A stretch of DNA of 64,000 bases from an uncultured Verrucomicrobiales bacterium (GTDB lineage Bacteria > Verrucomicrobiota > Verrucomicrobiia > Verrucomicrobiales > Akkermansiaceae): assembly GCA_965651855.1 (NCBI GenBank), contig CBFGTW010000006.1, positions 716 through 64,715 of the forward strand. Direction: 5' to 3'. Below are positions 17,327-25,300 of this stretch, one piece after another. The notes beneath the pieces were generated by a model. That model made no database searches, was not told the DNA's origin, and saw only the letters and a list, made by a program, of their open reading frames with translations. A program made the translations under genes and the position numbers. Positions within the stretch are counted from its first letter, which is position 1. Each line of letters starts with the position of its first letter.

Positions 17327-18073
17327 ATGTTGTTTCGGAACGCCATCGCCGCCACCGCCGTGCTCGGTGCCGCGGGCTTGTCGGGCGGCTGCGGCAAGTC
17401 CGCCGCGGATCCGCCGGGCGGCGGCGCCGGCCCGAGCGTGGCGGAAAGCCTCGGAGAAGACCTCGCGGCCGCGGGATTGCGCTTCGGCGATCCGGTCTTC
17501 ATCCGCGCCTTCAAGCGCGAGATGGAGCTGGAGCTTTTCATCCGCGACCGCGCGGACGGGAATTACGAGTTGTTCCGTACTTACGCGGTCGCCGCGGCCT
17601 CCGGCGGTCCGGGGCCGAAGCTGGCGGAGGGCGATTGCCAGGTGCCCGAGGGTTTCTATCACGTGCCGCCATCGGCCATGAAGCCGGACAGCCAGTTCCA
17701 CCTCGCCTTCAACATCGGCTACCCGAACGCCTACGATCGCCACCACGGCCGCACCGGCAGCTACATCATGATCCACGGCAGCGACGTCTCGATCGGCTGC
17801 CTCGCGATGACCGACCCAAAGATCGAGGAGATCTACACGCTCTGCGACGCCGCCCACCGCAACGGCCAGCGCTTCTTCCGCGTGCACCTTTTCCCGTTCC
17901 GCATGACGGAGGAAAACCTCGCCGCCAGCGCCGGGCATGAATGGGAGGATTTCTGGAAGAACCTCAAGGAAGGCTACGATCATTTCGAAACGCACGGCAG
18001 CCCGCCCGATGTCTCCGTGCACGGCGGAAGATATGTCTTCCGGGTGGATGCCAACCGAGCCAGCACGCCATGA
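17327..18073 (+). CDS. YafK-like L,D-transpeptidase lipoprotein
   Basis: The ATG at 17327 gives a lipobox signal (MLFRNAIAATAVLGAAGLSGGCG). Catalytic motif YIMIHGSDVSIGCLAM is present. The stop overlaps the next start in an ATGA arrangement at 18070..18073. Confidence 0.8.
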   Translation: MLFRNAIAATAVLGAAGLSGGCGKSAADPPGGGAGPSVAESLGEDLAAAGLRFGDPVFIRAFKREMELELFIRDRADGNYELFRTYAVAAASGGPGPKLAEGDCQVPEGFYHVPPSAMKPDSQFHLAFNIGYPNAYDRHHGRTGSYIMIHGSDVSIGCLAMTDPKIEEIYTLCDAAHRNGQRFFRVHLFPFRMTEENLAASAGHEWEDFWKNLKEGYDHFETHGSPPDVSVHGGRYVFRVDANRASTP

Positions 18074-18936
18074 ACCGCCGCCACTTCCTCCAATCCGCCG
18101 CCGCCATCGCGCTCGCGCCCCGACTTTCCGCCCAGGACGAGCCGCGCCCCACGATCCCGATCGGCACGAACATCGCCGAAAGCCCCGAGGCCTTCGCCGC
18201 AGCGGGATACGCTTATCTCGAAATGCCGGTGACCCGCTGGCTCGACCCGCGGATCGACGACGAAGCCTTCGCCGCGAAGCTCGCCGAACTGGAGGAATTT
18301 CCCCTGCCGGCCTGGGCGTGGAACGGCTTCCTGCCGGGCAAGGAACTCCAGGCCGTTGGCCTCGAGGCGGAAATCGACGCCATCATCGAGTGGGGCAAGG
18401 TCGCCTTCGCCCGCGCCAAACGCGCCGGCGGGAAGATCGTCACGTTCGGCAGCGGCACCGCCCGCGCCTGCCCGGCCGGATTCCCGCCCGAAAAGGCACG
18501 CCAGCAACTCGCCGCCTTGCTCGGCGAGCTGGCCACCGCCGCCGCGAACGAAGGCATCGTCTTCGCCATCGAGAACCTCAACCGCAGCGAGACGAACCTC
18601 GGCACCACCCTCGCCGAATGCCTCGCGATCGTCGAGGAAAGCGGCAACGAAGCCCTCAAGCTCACCGCCGACATCCATCACATGCTCGTCGAGGACGAGG
18701 GCCCGGAGATTCTCGCCAAAGCCGCGCCGCGCATCGCCCACTGCCACATCGCGGAAAAGGCGGCCCGCACCCAGCCCGGCATCGCCGGCGACGACTTCCG
18801 CCCCTATCTCGCGCCGCTCCTCGCCGCCGGCTACGACGGCCGGATCACCTTCGAATGCAAGTGGCACGGCGAACCCGCTCAAGCCGCCGCCCCGGCGATC
18901 GAAGCCTTCCGCGGGCAGTTGGAGCGCGGACGATAG
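18070..18936 (+). CDS. Sugar-phosphate isomerase/epimerase (xylose-isomerase-like TIM barrel) with Tat-type signal
   Basis: The ATG at 18070 gives MNRRHFLQSAAAIALAPRLSAQ. Motifs IENLNRSETN and HCHIAEK are typical metal-ligand positions of the AP-endonuclease-2/XI-like TIM family. Confidence 0.65.
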   Translation: MNRRHFLQSAAAIALAPRLSAQDEPRPTIPIGTNIAESPEAFAAAGYAYLEMPVTRWLDPRIDDEAFAAKLAELEEFPLPAWAWNGFLPGKELQAVGLEAEIDAIIEWGKVAFARAKRAGGKIVTFGSGTARACPAGFPPEKARQQLAALLGELATAAANEGIVFAIENLNRSETNLGTTLAECLAIVEESGNEALKLTADIHHMLVEDEGPEILAKAAPRIAHCHIAEKAARTQPGIAGDDFRPYLAPLLAAGYDGRITFECKWHGEPAQAAAPAIEAFRGQLERGR

Positions 18937-18993
18937 CCGGGCTCCGGCCACCAGCGTGTCGTCCCAACGGAACCCGAGGCTCCTGGCCCCGTT

Positions 18994-19036
18994 CGCGTGA
19001 GGCATCCGCTGGCGGGGGTGCAGCTTGCCTCACGCG
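18994..19036. terminator. Stem-loop between convergent genes (candidate terminator)
   Basis: cgcgtgaggca (18994..19004) pairs with tgcctcacgcg (19026..19036), an 11-bp perfect stem with a 21-nt loop. There is no clear U-tract. Confidence 0.35.
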
Positions 19037-19070
19037 ATGCCGTGAAGCCGCAAAGGGGTGGACATTCGGC

Positions 19071-20066
19071 TCATCCGAGCCACTGCCACTTCTCAGCGTG
19101 CCAGAGGTAGCCGCCGTCCTGGGCGACCAGATTTCCGAGGCCCGGCCAGGGCACGTGGAAGCCGAGGCAGCGGGTGCGTTCGGCGGCAGCGCGGGCGAAG
19201 ACCTTTTTCCGCGTGGCGATCGATTGCTGCGGGTCGTGGTCGAAGGCGATGTTCCACTCCGGCTTGTGAAACATGAAGCCGTGGTGGTGCGAGAGGTCCA
19301 TCAGGTGGAGCAGCTGCTCGTCGCCGGAGCGGATGCGGAAAATCGCATGCCCGGCGGTGTGCCCGGGGGCGGCCTCGACGGTGACGGCGCCGCCGAAGAG
19401 CTGGTCGCCGTCGTTCACCGGCTGCCAGTTCGGCCGCAGCGCATCGAACTCGCCGCGCACCTGCCGGATCATCCCGGGAAGCTGGTTCTTGTCGCGGCGG
19501 GACTTCGAGAAGTCCGGCTCCTTCGCGTGCCAGAAATCGAACTCGGCGGGCAGATAGTGGAAAGCCGCGTTCGGAAACGCGGGCTTGCCGTCGCGGACGA
19601 AGCCGGCGAGGTGGTCGGCGTGGGCGTGGCTGAGGAAGCCGGCGGTCACGCGGTCCGGCGAGATGCCGATCTGGCGGAGCCCTTCCGCCACCCAGCCGAG
19701 GTTCGGGTTGTTGCCGGGGCCGAAGCCGGCGTCGAAGAGCGCGAATTCATCGCCGATCCGGACGGCGAGCACATTGATGTAGAGCGGGAGTTTGTCAGTG
19801 CTCTCGCCGCGCTCTTCGAGCCATTGTTTCATCTGCGGCCGTTCTTCCTCCGGCCACATCAGGCCGAGGCCCTCGTGGAATTGGAGGCTGCCGTCGCTGA
19901 TCGACCAAGCGTCGAGCTCGCCGATCTTGAAATGGTAGACCAGCGCGTTCCGTTGCGGCCGGACCTCGCCCGTCGCCTCCTGCCCGCGTGCGATCATCGC
20001 GCCGCCCGCCGCCGCCAGCGCGCCGCCGAGGAAGGCGCGTCGTCCGAATCCCGTGGAAATGCTCAT
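19071..20066 (-). CDS. MBL-fold metallo-hydrolase with Tat-type signal
   Basis: N-terminal RRAFLGGALAAAGGAMIARG is followed by the HxHxDH motif (FLSHAHADHLAGF). Confidence 0.85.
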   Translation of the reverse strand: MSISTGFGRRAFLGGALAAAGGAMIARGQEATGEVRPQRNALVYHFKIGELDAWSISDGSLQFHEGLGLMWPEEERPQMKQWLEERGESTDKLPLYINVLAVRIGDEFALFDAGFGPGNNPNLGWVAEGLRQIGISPDRVTAGFLSHAHADHLAGFVRDGKPAFPNAAFHYLPAEFDFWHAKEPDFSKSRRDKNQLPGMIRQVRGEFDALRPNWQPVNDGDQLFGGAVTVEAAPGHTAGHAIFRIRSGDEQLLHLMDLSHHHGFMFHKPEWNIAFDHDPQQSIATRKKVFARAAAERTRCLGFHVPWPGLGNLVAQDGGYLWHAEKWQWLG

Positions 20067-20133
20067 GTCCGTGCCGATACGAAAGGCCCCGCCCCGCCTT
20101 TTCGCAAGCGCGGCGAGCGTCCGCCCATCGTTC

Positions 20134-21102
20134 TCAGCGGAATTTCGGCTCCAGCCAGAAAGCCCAATCTTCCTCCGCGCCGCCCGCCTCGTCCACTTTC
20201 AGGACCAGCCTGTGTGCCGGCGCGAACGAGACTTCGATGTTTTCCTCCCGCCGCTCACGATCCACGGGCTCGCTGCGAAACACCTCGCCCTCCTCGGTTT
20301 CGAGGATGAACACGACTTTTCCCCTGTGCGAGCGTTCTTCCAAGCATCCACGGGCGCTGAAGCCGGTGATCGGCTCGTCGAACTCGAACACGATCCGGCC
20401 GGGCGCATGCGCGTAAAAATATTGCCGCGGCCGGTAGCGCTCGCCGCCGAACTTGATCGACTGGGTCAGGGCTTCGTCGAACATCCCGAGGAAGTACTCG
20501 CTGCCGTCGATGGACGCCCACTTCTTGAGCCGAAGATCTTGCCACGGCCGCTCGTCAGGCGCTTCCGCCTCCTTCGCCGCAATGGCCGCACGGGCTTCGG
20601 CCAAGGTGAGGCTCTCGCGCAACTTGTCGCGTTCGGCGCGGGCTCGCTTCGCGTCCTCGATCCGGTCCGCCGCCACCAGCGCTTTTTCCAACATCCGGAG
20701 CTTCGCCTCGTAGTCGTCGTGCCAAGCCACGAGCGCCGCGTGCTTGTGCAGCTCGCGGCTGGCGCTCTCGGCTTCGTAAACATCCCGCAGGCGCGCGATT
20801 TCCGGCACCTCTGCCGGCGCGGGAGCCGCCAAGGTGTCGGCTTGACGGGACGCGATCTCCGCCTCGAACGCAGCCACCAGATCCAGGTCTCCGGCTTTCC
20901 GCGCGGTTTCGCGCCCCGCCTCCAGCGCTTTGATCAACTGCCCGTCGAGCGTTTCCATTCCGTTGCGATACTGCTCGCCGATCTTGTCAAACCGCTCGCT
21001 GAACTGCTCCTGCAGTTTCCCCAACGACTCGTCGCCGCGCGCGATCGAAGCCATGGTCAGCACCGCCGCAAGGATCAGGAGGCAGTGGAGCCCCGAATTC
21101 AT
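20134..21102 (-). CDS. Secreted protein with an N-terminal coiled coil and a C-terminal NPCBM-like domain
   Basis: Signal peptide MNSGLHCLLILAAVLTMASIARG, then about 170 aa of heptad-like helical sequence. The C-terminus (YFYAHAPGRIVFEFD...GKVVFILETEEGEVFRS...DWAFWLEP) resembles the NPCBM/NEW2 pattern. The family call is tentative. Confidence 0.5.
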   Translation of the reverse strand: MNSGLHCLLILAAVLTMASIARGDESLGKLQEQFSERFDKIGEQYRNGMETLDGQLIKALEAGRETARKAGDLDLVAAFEAEIASRQADTLAAPAPAEVPEIARLRDVYEAESASRELHKHAALVAWHDDYEAKLRMLEKALVAADRIEDAKRARAERDKLRESLTLAEARAAIAAKEAEAPDERPWQDLRLKKWASIDGSEYFLGMFDEALTQSIKFGGERYRPRQYFYAHAPGRIVFEFDEPITGFSARGCLEERSHRGKVVFILETEEGEVFRSEPVDRERREENIEVSFAPAHRLVLKVDEAGGAEEDWAFWLEPKFR

Positions 21103-21213
21103 CCGCGGAATGAGCTACAGTCGCCCGAACATGTCAACTTCGGAGGAAACGGCGAACATCGGCCGGCGGCGAAAGATAAGCGTCGCCGCCCGACGTGCGG
21201 ACGGTACTTCCGC

Positions 21214-21318
21214 TCAGCGGCGGCGCCGGCTGGCGAGCAGCCCGAGGGAAACACCATACAACAATACCGCGGAAGGTTCCGGTACCGACACCAGCCCGAA
21301 GTTCGAGAACGTTGGAAT
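21214..21318 (-). pseudogene. Orphan PEP-CTERM sorting-signal remnant
   Basis: The minus-strand frame ends in IPTFSNFGLVSVPEPSAVLLYGVSLGLLASRRRR followed by a stop, which is a complete PEP motif, TM helix and Arg cluster. The upstream in-frame sequence is Arg/Gly-rich and looks non-coding, with no signal peptide. Confidence 0.55.
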
Positions 21319-21409
21319 GTCCTGGCTCCCGGCCGTGCCGCCCACGTGATCGCGTGAGTGACTTGCGTCGGTGCGCGTGCGATAAGCCGAGAGCAATCCC
21401 CCCTGTCCC

Positions 21410-22357
21410 ATGTCCCTGCCCGTCCCCCCACGGGCGGAACGCGCTGTGCCGCCCCATCCCTCGCGGGCGGCCGCGTGGTTCCGCCGAATTCTGCCCGTCC
21501 CCTTGTTGTCCGGCCTGTGCACCTTCGCGTGCGCCGATCCGGTTTTCTGGGGGAGCCGTGCGTTTGGCGCGCACGAAACGAGTGGCGGCAAGGCATGGGG
21601 ACCGGAGTTCACGCTGGAACTCGGCGTGTTCCGCGGCGGCTTCCGGCCGACCCCGGAAAATGTCGACGACTGGCCGGCGCGGTGGATCGCGCTGGGGACC
21701 GCGGTGTTCGATCCCGAGGAAGGTCGCTACGCCGGCCTGGCCGATGATTCCCACCCGCTTCCAGCCGGCGCCGGAGACCGCGTGTTCTTCTGGGCCAGCG
21801 ACGGGAGCGACCTGACGCGCGGCCCGGAGTGGCTGCTGCTCGCGCATCCGGACTGGACGTGGAGCGGGCGGCCCGGCGGACCGCCGGGCTTGCCGAATAT
21901 CTGGATTGCCGAGCAAGCGGCCGAAGCGGTGGTGGGGGAAACGGGCGGCGACCGGCTGGCGACCGTCGCCCTGCGGCCGGCGCCGGTGCCTCTCGAGGCT
22001 TGGCTCGCGCGGTGGTTTCCCCAGGATGTCGGGCTGCGCGATCCCGACGCCGATCCGGACGGCGACGGCTTGAGCAACCGCGCCGAGTACCTGCTCGGCA
22101 GCGACCCGACGGAGGCGACCGCCGGCACGCCTCGGATGAGCTTCACGCCGCACGGGGTCCGGCTGGCGCTCGAGCGGAATCCGTACGCACTCTCCACCGC
22201 CGTCCTCGAGACCAGCGCCGACCTTCGAACCTGGACGCCGGCCGACGCGACGACCGAAACCGAGCGCCCGGACCGGATCGAAATGCTGGCCATCCCGCGG
22301 CCGGGCGAGCGTGCCCGGTTTTTCCGCTTCAACCTCCAACCGGCCGTCGCGGAATGA
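21410..22357 (+). CDS. Secreted protein: unknown ~170-aa domain plus TSP3-like C-terminal module
   Basis: 315 aa with a signal-like N-terminus (WFRRILPVPLLSGLCTFACA). The core is homologous to the protein at 26751..27389 (ELGVFRGGF / ELGAFASGF; EWLLLAHPDWTW / EWLIVGAAEWTW). It ends DPDADPDGDGLSNRAEYLLGSDP...RFFRFNLQP. The stop overlaps the next start (ATGA at 22354..22357). Confidence 0.7.
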   Translation: MSLPVPPRAERAVPPHPSRAAAWFRRILPVPLLSGLCTFACADPVFWGSRAFGAHETSGGKAWGPEFTLELGVFRGGFRPTPENVDDWPARWIALGTAVFDPEEGRYAGLADDSHPLPAGAGDRVFFWASDGSDLTRGPEWLLLAHPDWTWSGRPGGPPGLPNIWIAEQAAEAVVGETGGDRLATVALRPAPVPLEAWLARWFPQDVGLRDPDADPDGDGLSNRAEYLLGSDPTEATAGTPRMSFTPHGVRLALERNPYALSTAVLETSADLRTWTPADATTETERPDRIEMLAIPRPGERARFFRFNLQPAVAE

Positions 22358-25300
22358 AGCGCCTTCTCCTTTGGCTCGCGCTGGCCGGCCCGGCCGCCGC
22401 CGCTCCGGGGCTCGACTCGCCGGAGCCGGTCGCCCCGTTTCTCGACGCGATCTTTCCCACGACCACGCCGGGCCCGACCGGTTCGTGGGCGGTGGCGGAT
22501 GCCTTTCCGAACCTGACGTTCACCGATCCGGTGCGGATGGTGAAGGACCCGCGCGGTCCCGAGCATGTCTACATCGTGTGCCGCAACGGCGAGGTCTGGC
22601 GGATTCCGTTCCGGAACTCGGCGACGCAGGCGGAGAAAGTGCGGGTGCTCGACCGCCGCGCCAACACCTGGGGTTGGTGGGACGCGGGGATGATGTCGAT
22701 CTGCTTCCATCCGGACTTCGGCAAACCGGGAGATCCGAACCGCGGCTATGTGTATGTTTTTTATCAATATGTACCGCAGCAGCCGTCGCCGCAGTCGGTG
22801 GGTTCGCCGTCCTACATGCGGCTCTCGCGCTTCACGGTGCCGGACGGCCAGGTCGCCTTCGATCCGGCGTCGGAGTTCGTGCTGATCCAGCAGTTCGACC
22901 GACACAACTGGCACAACGGCGGCCAGATGTTCTTCGGGCCGGACCGCTTCCTGCACGTGGTCGTTGGCGACGAGGGCGACGCGAACGACTCCCACGGCGT
23001 GGCCCAGAAGATCGACGACCGCCTGTTTTCCGGCATCCTGCGGATCGACGTGGACCGGGACCCGGCGCGCTCGCACCCGATCCGCCGCCAACCGCGGACC
23101 ATCGCGCGCCCGAGCGGCTGGCCGGCGAGCTTCACGCAAGGCTACTCCATTCCCAACGACAACCCGTGGCAGGACCCGGCCGGCGCCATCCTCGAGGAGT
23201 TCTGGACGATCGGCACGCGCAGCCCGCATTCGATGCACTTCGACGACGAGACCGGCGAAATCTGGATCGCGGAGGTCGGGCAGGGGGCGCGCGAGGAGAT
23301 CACCGTCGCGCGCAAGGCCGGCAACCACCAGTGGCCGTTCAAGGAAGGCTTCGTCAACGGGCCGAAAAGCAAGCCCGCCAACCTGATCGGCACCGAGGTG
23401 CCACCGGTGTATGATTACCCGCGATCGATTGGCGGCTGCGTGATCGGCGGCATCGTCTACCGCGGCACGGCTCATCTCGCCGCGCTCGACGGCAAATATA
23501 TCTTCGGCGATCACAACACGCGGGCGCTCTACAGCCTGAAGCGCGTGGACGGCGGGCCGCCGCAGGTCGAGTATCTCACGTCCGTGAACCGCAGCGGCGG
23601 CGACAAGCGCGGCCTCGCCGGCATCTGCGAGGGCCCTGACGGCGAGGTCTACTTCATGGAGCTCGGAGACAACGGCACGAACACCGGAAAAATCCTCAAG
23701 CTCGTCCGCAACGGCACGCCGGTGGCCGATCCGCCGCAGTGGCTATCTCAAACCGGCGCGTTCAGCGACATCGCGACGCTCACGCCCCGCTCCGGATTGA
23801 TGCCCTTCGGCGTGAACGCGGCGTTGTGGACCGACGGCGCGGTGAAGAGCCGCTGGATCGCGGTGCCGAACGACGGCAGCCACGACACCGCCGCGGAACA
23901 GGTGACCTACCGCGAGGAAGGCGCTTTCGATTTCCCGGTCGGGACGGTGCTGGTGAAGCACTTCGCCTTGCCGGTCGACGCGCGCGATCCCTCGGTGGTC
24001 GAGCCGGTGGAGACGCGCTTCCTCGTTCATGGCACCAGCGGGTGGTACGGCGTGACCTACCGGTGGAACGAGGATGGGACCGACGCGGAACTGCTCCCCG
24101 GCGGTGCGACGCGGGACTTCACGATCACCGCGGAAGACGGCTCGCAACACGTGCAGCGCTGGAGTTTTCCCAGCCGCTCGGACTGCCGGACGTGCCACAC
24201 CGCCGAGGCCGGTCATGTCCTCGGAGCGCGCTCGCACCAGTTGAACGGAAGTTATACCTACCCGCAAACCGGCCGCATCGCGAACCAGCTCGAGACATGG
24301 AACGCGCTCGGCATCTTCGGGATGTCGTTCGGCGGACGCGAGCCGGCGGCGCTGCCGCGGTCGGTGGATCCGCACGATCCGCACGCCTCGCTGGACCACC
24401 GGGTGCGGTCGTATCTCGACTCGAATTGCTCGCACTGCCACCACCCCGGCGGCGTGACGGCGAACTTCGACGCGCGTTTTTCCACGCGGCTCATCGCGCA
24501 GAACTTCGTCGGTGGCGCGGTGAACCGCCCGTTCCACAGCCCGCACGAGCGCGTGGTGAAGGCCGGCGATCCGGCGCTCTCACTGCTCCACATCCGCAAC
24601 GCCGCCGTGGGCGCGGGGCAGATGCCGCCGCTCGGAAAGAACGTCGTGGACGCCGCCGCGGTGGCGCTGATCGAGGATTGGATCCGCGGCCTGGACGAAG
24701 CCACCTTCACCGCCACCACTCCGGCGGAGCGGGGCATCGAGGGGAACTACTACGCCGGCCGTAATTTCGGCGCGCCGGCGTTCACGCGCACCGATGCGGC
24801 GATCGACTTCGACTGGGGCAGCGGCTCGCCGGGCGGATCGCTCGGGGTGGACGATTTCTCCGTCCGCTGGCGCGCGTGGATCGTGCCGCCGGCAGCGGGG
24901 AGTTACACCTTCTTCACCACCACGGACGACGGCGTGCGGTTGTGGATCGACGGCACGCTGGTGATCGACAAGTGGCAGGACCAGTCGCCGACCGAGCACT
25001 CGGGCAGCATCACGCTCACCGGCGATCCGGTGGAAATGGTGATGGAATACTACGAGAATGGCGGCGGTGCGGTGGCGAAACTCGCGTGGTCCGGCCCCGG
25101 GCTGGCCAAGCAGATCATCCCGGCTTCCGCCTTCTTCAGCACCTTCGGCGAAAACGCGGGCCCGGTCGCGGAAGACGACGATTTCGAAGCGACGCACGCC
25201 GCGGTGGCGCCGCTCGATGTTCTCGGAAATGACAGCGACGACAGCCTGCCCGGGATCCATGGCATCGCCATCGTGACCCCGCCGCGGCATGGCACCGTCC

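Noticed and set aside
14600-18022. Very long ORFs antisense to, or out of frame with, real genes. Examples are 14600..18022, 1556..3151, 13153..15651, 21727..23514, 24580..26739, 39698..43735, 43750..45969, 49328..52228, 56747..59089, 58342..61023 and 61578..63665.
   Set aside because: Their translations are dominated by Arg, Pro, Gly and Ala, with no recognisable motifs, signal peptides or domain structure. Each overlaps a gene with clear family signatures on the other strand or in another frame. This is the expected stop-codon-poor artefact of very high GC DNA.
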